From contig NC_092674.1 in assembly GCF_964355755.1 (NCBI RefSeq), positions 18,910,001 through 18,974,000 on the forward strand: 64,000 bases of DNA, written 5' to 3'. This document shows, in pieces, positions 27,201 through 39,200 of the stretch (position 1 is the first letter of the stretch; each line of letters starts with the position of its first letter). Made by a program: the position numbers and the translations under genes. This stretch comes from Antedon mediterranea. Its lineage: Eukaryota; Animalia; Echinodermata. The notes beneath the pieces were generated by a model, which worked only from the letters and a program-made list of their open reading frames with translations, ran no database searches and was not told the origin of the DNA.

Positions 27201-30200
27201 GAAAAGAACGACAATCATTTTGTAACAAATATTTTGTTTAACCTTTGAGTCGTTAATCTCAAGCATTAATTAATTGATATACAATAACAGGAGATTTTCT
27301 TAGTACTTTTAATTGTAATTTTTTTAACATTGAGTACAAAAGTCGAATTTGCCGACCGATTGAAATCGTAATTACCTGTAAATATAAATGCTTAAATCGA
27401 TAAAGTTGTGACGATAACGATATATTGTGGATAAGTTTGTGTCAACGGGACACACACATTTGTTTCTTTAAAGTTTTAAGTGATTGAGTTTGATATTTTG
27501 ATTCTAGGCTAATCAGCCACAGTTTCTTGAGTTTTATGTTTCGATTTGATTGATTTATATTTGAAGGCCATTAGAACGCGATAAGTTGTCGCGCTATTTG
27601 ATATATATTCATTGTACATATTCTTTAAGTTCTTTAAATTTGACCAATTGACGTTTGATTAACGCTCGAGGGAGGAGTAGAGCCAATTACGAGCTATATA
27701 TATAAACAACCGGATGGGCAGACTATAAATAAGTCGCACGAGCGTATCAAATATACAGTATTTACTGTCGAATTATAAGTTAATTTACTTTTGTGAGATT
27801 GTTATAATAGTTGAACTTAAAATTTTATTGTTTGAGTTTTATATTGTTTATTTAGTTTAATATTGTTTATTTTAAATACATTTTAATTTTATTTATCGTA
27901 ATTTTAGTCAATTCCAAATTTCCCCCTAAAATGGAATCCGAAAAGCTTGACCTTACACAGTTATGCTTAAAACACAAAATTCAAATGACGCCCCTGTCCA
28001 CAGAATGTGCCCTTATAAAGAAGATAATCCTTTACCAAAGCGAACAAAACGTAATTCTCCATATTACCAAAACGATGCCATTTACTTTAGATTCCTTGAA
28101 AAGAGTTTTATTATTCCTTTGCGACATCCGTCCAGCAGACCAACTGACAAACCTCAAATTAAATACCCTTTTACACATTGGCAGTTATTTATGTTGTTTC
28201 GACAAAATGTCCTCCCCCATTATAGATTACATTTGGAAGCATAAGAGTGAACCAGCCCTACTTGACTTTTCCACAATCGACCTTTCCATTAATCTAGACG
28301 GCATCGCCACTTGTATACCAAACACACATGAATTTCACAGACAACATATTTATTCTATGACCCTCCTGCTCTTAGCAATTACAAAAGACATCAAAGCCCC
28401 ACAATGCACAGCATTTTTTTCAAGAGTCCGACAACAAACAGGCATCATACCCCAAGACGAATTAAAACCTAGCGAACACTCACCATTTGGATATGTTGTA
28501 ACTAAATATAAGAAAAAACTATATTCGCACATTCGTAACATGCAGTACCTGGAAAATAAATACCAAGATACCCCCTGCCAAATTTGTCAATGTAACCCCG
28601 AAATTAAAAACTTTCATACTGACTGTACAATCAACAAATGCTGCGGAACATTTTTTCACAAAAATTGCCAACAAATATCCCTCAACAAGAAATACCAATG
28701 CTTGAATTGCGGTATGGTATATTTGAATGAGATCCCTTACACAACTACCTACATGTTGGACATACCGTGGAGTGCATTCCGTTTTTATCGATTATTATAT
28801 AAACCCACCGATTGATTTCAATTTATCCTTTATAAAATTTTTTTTTCTATTTCAAATAATTAACGGGAGTCGACTTCTTGACCGATGTTTTTTAGGGAAA
28901 CCCAACCGTTGTGATGTTTATATTTCGGTAATCCGAGTGTAGCATGCCTCCAAAGCAACGGACCCACAATTATGTCGATCTTGAAGAACACTTTTGTTTT
29001 TTTTATATACATTTTTTGTTTTAAATTTTATATAAATTCCGGAATTTTTATACCAAATTCAATTTTAATTTCATTTTTTAAAGAGAGAGAAGAGAGAGAG
29101 TGAAAGTGATAAGGTTACACTTCAGAGTCAATGGTTTTGGCTAACTCAATTTTTGCTTATATGTATAATAATGTTTTTTTCTTTTATATAACTTTAATTT
29201 TGCATGCCACTATTATAACCATTTTTATATGTTAAATAGATTAGAAAAAAAAAAGGGAAACAGAGGGATGTGATATAAAGATATACTTTTATATTTAAGA
29301 AATTGACCTTTGTATCGGAATTCAGATAGGTTCACAAAGTTGACCCAGAAAGTCCGAAGGAGAGTTTGTCCAGATGTTTTAATGACCATTTAGTTTATAA
29401 TAGAATCCCTAAAGAAAACACTTAGCTTAACTTTGCGACCGTTCCCATCGTAAAACAATTAGATTCTGACAGTTTTAAGCAGAGATTTGACAGGGCCAAT
29501 TCATCATTGTAACCTCCCCAGATAAGATCAATCACTCCCACTTAAACACCCCTGGATCAACTTAGGACCAATCGTTACCCTCACAGATTACGTAGTGACA
29601 TATGCAAATGAACTGAGCCAATATACTCCCAAGTTTCAGAAGGGCCCAGACACATCTTACAACCACGCCACGGAACACACACCTTACAACCACTTCTCCA
29701 GAAGCAGACCTACACACACCACACCTCACTGACAGCATCATTGAATGTCCGTTCCTTATGTATACTTATAGTTGTATATTGTACTGAAGTATTATACAGA
29801 ATAAATAATATATGTGTTACGACAGTCAAGCGAGTAAGAGTCCTTCATTAGTACCTCAACAACCCAAACATTATATTACATTACCCACGTGTTTTCATCA
29901 TTATTTCCACTGTATATAGGCCTAGATCTCAGCCCTACAATTATGACAAAATTTGCCGTAAATAAAACATACCTCAGCATTTATTTAAGAAAAAAATATA
30001 GTAAAGCCAAATTTCTGTTTCTATTGTTTTTATTTTGTAGTAAAAAACATTTTCCCCAGGCTCTTGTGTTACGAAAATAAAGCAGGCCTCGTAATGATGA
30101 AGAAAACAATGATTGTGATTAGTCTATCCAGTCCAGTCAAAGATATATATTCTTTAGTTCAGTCGGTTGAAAATAACCCTTAACTTGCTAATAAAAGGGA

Positions 30201-33200
30201 CACAGCTCCCCTTGTTTGTTTACTGATTTTTTAGGAGTTAGGGGGTTTTCAGCATTAAACTTGTCCAGTCTAGTCTGCCTTGATGAATGAGTGACTTGAT
30301 GTCCCACGCTAGTTTTTAGCTTGAATGAAATGCGTGAATGGCTCTAGGCCTAGCTAGGCCTAAAAGCGGATGTGATCGTAGTCCCTATGTTTAAATACAA
30401 GGTGCATGTATTTATGTCATTTGTTAGAAAATATAATGGTAATCAGTTGATAATAGTTTGTAGCCTTTGTAACAGTTGTATTTGTAGTGTAGTTAGGCCT
30501 TATTTATTCTGGCCTTTTTGTTATTGAAATCCATCTCACACATTGACGATACAAGATGTCAGCCTAGGTCAAACCTTGTTTCGCGTCATAACAGGAAACG
30601 TTCTGATTGGATACAACGTTGACTTACAGTAGCGTCGTACGCTAAAACGGTACTATCAACCGTTTTCCACTACAACGCTACAACCGTTGTACGACGCGTT
30701 GTACGCTAATCCCCAACTGTTCAGACACACATTCTTTTAGCGTCGTACGCTAAAACGGTCTAACGCCATGGGTCTGAACAGGGCCTTACGTAGATTTCTA
30801 AAATTATATTTGTTTATAACAGTAGATTTAGAAAACAATTCAAGAATAGGTCTAGGTAGTGAGCCCTTTATGAATTTAAACATAAAAATAGAGATTTGAA
30901 TGTTATGGATATCAGTAATTTTAAGAATATTTGATTTCTTAAACAATGGTTCAGAATGAGAATCAAATGGAGCTAAATGCATAATTTTGATTACACATTT
31001 TTGCAACTTTAATAGTTTATCAAGATGAGAGTAGTAGTCAGCTGCCCAAATAAGGTTACAGTATTGTAAATGAGGGAGTACAAGTGTGTTATAAGTTGTA
31101 TTAAAATATTGTAAGGGAAAAAATGTTTAAGCTTATTTATTACACCAATACTCTTGGAAATCTTATTTGCTATAATGTTGATGACCTGTCCAGTTTAGAT
31201 GTTCATTTATCAAAACACCCAGGAATAATAATTCACTTTTTTGAGTGATTTTAACACCATTTAGTAAAATATTATGATTGTTATAGAATGTTATTCTTTT
31301 TTTATGAGAATGAAAGACAATACAATTTGTTTTTGTTAAGTTAATCAGCAATTTGTTTGCAATAAACCAAGTGCTAATTTTTTGTAATTCATTATTAAAT
31401 ACATTAAATAAGGTATCTATATTATCATGTTGGAAAAAAACTGTTGTGTCATCTGCAAATGAGATCACACGTAAATTGTCAGTTACTTGAGATAGGTCAT
31501 TTACGTCAATTAAAAATAACAAGGGGCCCAAAACAGAACCCTGTGGCACTCCACATGTAACCGGACTTGCAGATGACTTACAATTATTGATTTGTACAAA
31601 TTGTTTGCGGTCATTAAGATAATTCCTGAACCATTCAAGTGCAATACCTCTAATACCATAATATGAAAGTTTATCTAGTAATATTGAATGATTTACTACA
31701 TCAAACGCTTTAGATAGGTCGAGAAATGTACTTAACAAAAGTTTATTGTTTTCGAATGCTTAATTTATAGAACTTACTATTCTAGAATAGCATGACAAGT
31801 TGAGTGATTTGACCTAAATCCATATTGTCTATGAGTTAACAAATTATATTTATTAAGGTAATTATACAGTCTAGAATCCATCATTTTTTCAATAATTTTT
31901 GAAATTACAGGAAGAATGGAAATAGGTCTATAATTAGTGATAGATTCAGGGTTTCCCTCTTAATGTTGGCTTAAGACTTCTTCTTCTCACTAACAACTAT
32001 TCTGGCTATTTATTTTAAAAGGACTCCAGTTTAGCCAGTCTAAGCGGAAAGTATGCTTATGGGAGTTTGGCAAAACATTTTAGCATTTTATGACTAATCA
32101 AAATTGTACAGTCAAAAACGCCTGCTTACGAAATGCACGTATTGCGGTATTGTTTGCACAAGGAGGTTTCACTACACAAAAACATTTATTTTTTAAAAAA
32201 TGAAATGATTGTCACTTACTATTCCATGAAGGACAGTCATTTCTTCTTTGAATGACAGTGGTTTAACTTGATGGAATAAAAACATAGTAAGAATCTCAGA
32301 TGATAACCATTGCTGGCCACTGCTACCCCCAATAGACGGAGGTTCTGCTAAACCAATGATTCGGAACGAATGATGAATTGGAAGAATACCACTGCAAATA
32401 AAAATAAAGCCTGTTGATATAAAAGTATACTTGTTTTGTTTATGAGCAGCTCTACACTAAAACAATGAAATGGACCGCAATTATAATCTTTGGTAAGACA
32501 GCATACCTCACCAAAGAAACATACCGCTCTTTACAACCATGAGAAAAGCAAGCAATTTTTATTATATTATTGTTCAAATGTGTTAACATTTATATACACA
32601 TAAATATTAAATAGATGTTGCTTCAACATTTATAACAATGCTTAAGATTTAAATCAGTATGGAATGAAATAGAGTACATTACAAAAAAAATTAAAATATA
32701 TGAATGAATATTACATATCTAAAATGTAAAAAAGTATATTTATATTAAAACATCATTTTTACAACATATTAAATGATACAATATCAAAAAAAAAATCCAT
32801 GAAAAAGATAATTTAAAATGTTCAAGCGCTGGCATCTAAAATAGTAAGATTATACAATAATTTATTATTTTTGAATGTTAAATTACCATTGCTTTAATTC
32901 AGTGTCTGTTAAATCATGTTTCTGCTTAAGTTCTTCGTAACGATCATGGCCAATGAGACGTGTACCATCAAAGAGGGTCACTTCACGATCATGTACCAAA
33001 CTAAAAGATAAAAGTAAAGTACCAATCATTATATATAAACTAGAAATGTTTCTAGCAATAATAGAACAATTATATTACAGTAATTATACATACTATCAGT
33101 AACCTGCAGGGGCGGACGCAGGGGGTTGCCCCGGTTGCCCGGGCAACACCCTTAATTTCATGCTAAGTATTTTTTTCTGTCACTAAATTAAAATTTAGAT

Positions 33201-36200
33201 CCCATTTTATCATATCCAATAACCATTAACGTTATAGAAGTCCAGTTTTGGAAGAGCCTATATGTAAATTGACAGACGGCAGCGTAAAATTAACCAGCAT
33301 TACAATACCGCGTACAATTTCCCGCCGGCTGTCAGCGTATTTTTTGTGTTGATATATTTCTGAACATGCTCAGAATGAATTTCTGACTGTTTGGATTGCT
33401 TGTGTGCGTATGAGAAGGTACGAAAAGCATATACACACTGTGAAAACCCTGTCATATGGGTCGTTGATTTGTCCATAATTATTGCATTTTGTTGGAGATT
33501 CCTTATCATTTAAGTATTTCCATAGTACCCTATTTATCTTTATTTTATGTCCGTAATATTGGGCCCAATTTCCGTAGTAATTACGGAAGTTCCAAACTTT
33601 GTTTAACTGCTTCTTTTTGCAAATTTCGATCATATTTTCTTTCTAAAGTGTAGTTTAAGCAACACTGTTGTACAGATTATAATGGATAAATGGAAATGAA
33701 TGTTGGAAAGTGTGGTTATACTGACTTATTGATCAAATAAATACAATTTAACGTTTTGCTCAATATATTTATAGCAGCAGCTTCATATTTGTTTAATTAT
33801 TAATTGATAATATTAATTAATTTGTATTTATTGATTATAATTGCCAGAATTTATTAGCTTACCGGAAGTACCTTCGTCGGGGACTTCTCTGAGGTTAAAA
33901 ATGGTTGCGTGTATTTTGCCGGCGGAAAAAATAGGCGGGATACGATAGTATAGGCCTATTGCTGTTTGGTAGCCTGATAAAGAGTGTCATTTCTTGCCAA
34001 CTATAGGTGCCATTTATCGTGAATTTTATGTGCGAGAGTACCATATTTCCGGCCATCTAGGGGTGTCATTTAACAAAATTTGCTAAACCACAGGCCCCAC
34101 CATGGGGGGCATGTGGCGCAAAAACTTGTTGTCTACGGTACTGGACTTGTGGGCAACTCCCTTAAAATAGTTCTGTGACCGCCCCTGACCTGTGAGTCTT
34201 TTCTGCCTTTATATGTGGTTATATACTTTGCATGTATAATAAAAGCGCACTCTGATAAAAGAACTTTGACAAATTATCAAACTAAAAACAAACGGTTAAT
34301 AATAAAATTCGGATGTATTTTATGGTCATTGATTTTGTGCTGTGTGAATTAGTTAGATGTACAAAATACGAAACTACCGTATAGATATAATAAAAAAGTG
34401 GACATAAATCGAATGAAAAACACATTACTGCGGAAACACAATTGTTAAGTTGTTTTCATGTTCAACAATGTATCAAACCATTTGGAATCGTTTTGTTTGT
34501 GTGTGTTTTTTTTTCATTTACATTTTTTTTATTTCAATGGTTTTAATATTTTTGCGTGAGGTTTGGTTCTATTTTGCTACTTTTGTATTACATTGTGGTT
34601 TAGATTTTTTGCTTTAAACGGAGATATTTACTATTTACACATATCGCGGATTCGAAATTGTTTAAAAAAAATGAATATTAAATCTAGTTACAATTTCCTG
34701 TGTGCTTAAAATTATAATCCTTCTGCACATTTTTGCTTATTACAAATGGTAAAATCCGCAATTTACAGAAAAACCCCTTGTGATTATAACTTTCTTCAAC
34801 CAACCAAAGTTCTTATTTCTTTCCGCAATATTTTGTGAGTTATGTTTGTAGACCTTCATGAATTAAAACATTGAACATAAATTCAAAAGTAATTCATATA
34901 TACTTATATATATGTTCCGCCGTACCACGCCGAGAATGTTAAAGAGTCGCTATCCAATCGAGTTTGAACAATACCATGAAAGCCCCAGTGGTCTAATGGT
35001 TAGGACATCTGCATATCAAGCAGGCGGTCCGAGTTCGAGTCTCGGTTGGGGCGACTTTTTCTCATTCTCACAGATTTCCTCATCTTTATCGTTTCAAATT
35101 AATTAATTAAATTTCAGTATATCACCGGGCGGTTTCGAATTAATGTTTATTGCCTAATGTGTTTATATATATTTATATATATATAAATCCAAAGGCAAAT
35201 TACTGAAAACAATGACAATGCTGTGGGTATCAGTGGCCAGATCTCAATGGAGATACAAAAGAAAATAAGCAGAAAGCTAAATCAAAACAGCCAGAAAAAT
35301 TATCAGAGCTTTCGGGCAACACTAGCCCTTCATCAGTGCAAGTGAGAGTACTTGGACAAAGTAGATAGTAAAGCAAACAAGCTTATATTATTTTTAAATT
35401 TGACAAAAGTATACTTTATAGCAAGGGTGTAGTGCCGCAAATCGTAAAATCAATTTAAAACATGAAAATCTACAAAATAAAACCTTAAAATCAACGCAAA
35501 TATTCTTCAAAACAAAGTGTATGGCTGCAAATTGTGAAACTATAACTCAAACCATAAAAATCAACACAATTTGTGAAATATATATATTTAATCAAAAATC
35601 TTTTTTTCTCAAGTAATCTATTCTTCATAAAGGTGGATTACACGGAGGAATCTTTTTTCAGGTTTTATTGAATGGTATATAGGTTCGATGTGCAGTGAAA
35701 TCAGCTACAATATTTGAGGAACCAAGATCAAATCCAGGATCTTTCCTGGATGGATTCTGCCAAAAAATAAAAGCGAGACAATGCTAGGCTAGACCTACAT
35801 CTATAGCTAGTACGATTTTTGTACCATTGTTACCAGGCTACGAGTAGAGCCTACAAACTAGCCTATAGGAGAATGTTTAACACAAACTATATTTTGTTAT
35901 TTAATAAAAAAAAAACAATAATTAATAGAGGCAAATTCTTTAATCGCACCAATCCCAAAACCTGGACATGTCCCCCTCCACCTAATTTTGAGGGGATGGA
36001 CTCCCTCACTTTTTTTCTTCCTCAAATTTTATTATTAAAAACTGGTAATATTTGTTAAAAACAAGAATAATATACCGATTTAATACTGCTAATGTACCAG
36101 GATTAACTCGGTGAAGCCCATCAAGTACTGCTATACTGCCATCTACAGCTGCTGTGATAAGTGGTGATAATCTCCAAGATGTGTCACCATTTGGTGAGGT

Positions 36201-39200
36201 CATTCTTTGCTGTAGAAAATCCCTTGAGGTCATATCCTGAATAACAATAATAATAATATAATTCTTGTTTTTTCAGTCAAAAATTTATAGAATAAATTAT
36301 AGCCAAACTTTTCTTATCAAACAATCATCTACAGGATATTGCTTGAAAAATTCACATCATTTTAAACATTAAACAACAATTGTATGTGATTGATATAAAA
36401 CTTTAAAACTATATGCATTGAATAACCCTTTACATGCTTATTTGTATCTCCTAATCTTGAGAACTGACCTGGTACAACATGACAAGTTCAAGTTGATAGC
36501 CTAGCATACTTGCAAAGCGTTTTACAAGCAAACTTTTGCCACATCCCTATAGAAGAGAAAGTATTTTAATTCAACATTTTAACAGGTAATACAATTGACC
36601 TATTAATATTCAAAATAGTTTTTATTTGTCCACTTATTTCTATTTTTTTCTATTTGTGTTGAGCACTTCTACTTTTGCTTTTTTTTAAATATTGTAAAAT
36701 TGTAAAATTTAAAAATAAAAATTAAATTACACACCTATGAATCTGGCAAAATATTGGGATAGTAAAAATTAAGTTTTTTTCATAATATTAAATTTGACTG
36801 TTAAATTGGCAGACTGAATTTAGAAACAAAACCTGATAATTAACAATTTATATTAACATATTGATTTTCTCAATCAAATCCAAACTTTAATTACTTTTGT
36901 GTTTATACCCATCACAGCTTTTGTTATAGTTATCTGTATTGAAAAAATAAATGAAATGAAATGAACTACTAACCTTTGGTCCAATAAGACAAAAGTCTTT
37001 GACACTATGTGAAAGCATCATATCAGCTAAAACATGTTCATGCGATGGTACAGATATATAGTCCATGCTATCAGGTGAAGATGGTGATTGGTTACCTCTT
37101 GCCATGTTAACATTAAACTTTGCTCCTCTGCTTTGGATAGTGACATCTGCATTATCTTCATTTGTCATGTATTGTATATTCGATATACTGCATGGAGTTA
37201 AATTTCCATATTTATCCTCAAGCAATTCAAATTTCTGAAAAAAACAAACAAAACACTCAATCAAATGAAAGAGTTTTAATGAGAATCCAAGATGTTCTAA
37301 AGCTGAAGACAAATCATACTAGGCAACATTGAAGCAAGACTACCGTAAACCTCAAAAAGAAGCCCATGGGCTTAAACCTCGAAAAGAAGCCCATCTCGAA
37401 AAGAAGCCCCCCTCTACAGTTTACAAAAGTGCTCTCGAAAAGAAGCCCATCTTGAAATGAAGCCCCTTGGGCTTCTTTTCAAGATAGTATGGGCTCCTTT
37501 TCGAGAGCACGTTTATTAACTGAACGTCAAAGGAACAGAAATAAACAATACAAATACGTGATTAAGAGTTACTGTAGTAGAATAATTAAATGCCAGATAC
37601 TTGTGATGCAGACTGATGATAATAATTAATATGTATGATTATTTTACAGTTTATTGTCGTCCAAATGGTGCTTTGATCGCATCTTGTATCTTTTACTTGT
37701 CTGCTTCGTTGGCAAATATGTAAAATCGGCAGGGAATTTCCACACCTCCACCAAGTACCCATTTTCCTTCTGGGGCCGTTCGTTCCATTCCAGTTATCTT
37801 GGCTTTAAAGCTGCACTACTGTCCTATCTTCCATCAACGGAGCTATCTGAGCCAAACATTCAGGAACATGTCGAACATCTGCACCATTCAACGAACATAC
37901 CTTTATTGCATTTCTGGCTATACTTTTCTTGTTTTCAGGTTCCAGTTTACATATCATTTCTTTGTTTATTTTGTAATTGTACTGAAAAACATGGTGTCCT
38001 TTAATTCTAGATGAAACAATTGCCACTTTGTGGATAGGACTTGGTGTAGCCATTTTCGTTTACTGTATTATTTATTTTTATATTATGCACCAGCTATAAA
38101 GCAAAAGTATAAGACCCCAGTAAAAAATGTCTGGGCCTAGACGATACGCGTTATGCACAGCGCCTGCACTGCGTATTTGTTGTCAAACGTAACAGTAAAC
38201 AACACGTTGTGTGTGTATTTGCTATTTTTCTTTGCTTTTGCAAAATGGTAAAGACGAGGAAAGTGTATACTCGAGACTATAAGCTTAATGTTTAGCAGTG
38301 GCATGGCACTAATGGCAATTGTGTCACAAAGACTGCAAAAGAATTTAGTATTGATCGTAAGCTGGTGCGAGAGTAGAAAAAGAAAAAGGACGCAATTGCT
38401 GCAATACATTCAAAGAACTGTTCTTCGTTGGCGTGCGAGGAAGAAAGACACCATATGAGACACTTAAGCAAAAGCTTCTTCAAGAGTTCAAAGAAAAGCG
38501 GAATAATGGTATTGAAGTGAAACGATGGTGGATAGAGTCTAGAGATAAGCAAATTGCAGTAGAAGAGGGAGCAGTTGGCTTTAAAACCTCAAATGGATGG
38601 TTTATGAATTTCAAGAAGAGGAATAAACTAAGCCATCAAAGGAAAACGCACCAAGCACAAAAACCACCGACAGCTTTGGGTCCAGCCATTACTTTCTTCC
38701 ACCAAGCCGTCCGAAGACAACGTTTAATGCGAGACTTTGCAGATAGTGAAATAGTTAACATGGATCAAACACCACTGCCCTTTATTATGTCTGATGAAAG
38801 AACGTATGACGTAGAAGGAAAGAAAGAGATATGGGTGGCAAGTGGCTCATCTGGTCTCGAGAAACGACAGTGTACGGTTCAGTTGACTATATTTGCAGAT
38901 GGAATCCCTAGGGTACGACCGATGGTCAAATTTAGAGGAATGGGATTAAGAATTTCACAAAAAGAAAAGTTCAGTTAAAATACCGGTATTATAGTGAAAA
39001 CGGATTTTTAATAATAATTATAACTGTCACTAGCAATCCAATAAAATTTAGACTATAATAAATGCTTAAAAATGTACTTCCATTTTCAGAGTCAATGGGA
39101 TAAGAGAGTCAGGGTGGAATTTCAACCTAAAGCATGGTGTGACGAAGGCATTATGAAGATTTGGATAGATGAAGAGTGGGAAAACCGATTTACCAATCCT

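Larger units (their letters stand above)
19997..29880 (+). mobile_element. Full-length Ty3/Gypsy LTR retrotransposon with an extra ORF3
   Basis: Two 612-bp TG...CA LTRs, 4-bp TSD TTAC, TGG-starting PBS, PPT, gag, and pol in PR-RT-RH-IN order. Confidence 0.97.
19823..30785. mobile_element. PIF/Harbinger-type non-autonomous element (~1.08 kb without the nested Gypsy)
   Basis: 41-bp perfect TIR GGCCCTGTTCAGACCCATGGCGTTAGACCGTTTTAGCGTAC; 3-bp TTA duplication at 19820-22 and 30786-88. Confidence 0.9.
19543..31960 (-). mobile_element. 5'-truncated L2/CR1-group LINE split by a Harbinger+Gypsy insertion (pieces 30789..31960 and 19543..19819)
   Basis: RT motifs NYRPIS, DLSKAFD, GVPQGSVLGP, FADDT; frame resumes across the insertion (RNLRK|ILVPLVRLTKSKYCITFSGYLI); 3' stem-loop, AATAAA and (GAAAC)-type tail. 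Confidence 0.88.

Noticed and set aside
27022-27620. Antisense ORFs in the pol-ORF3 spacer
   Set aside because: Only short frames (36-68 aa) with low complexity and no motif.
27931-28815. ORF3 as an envelope gene
   Set aside because: No signal peptide, furin site followed by a fusion peptide, or transmembrane anchor seen.
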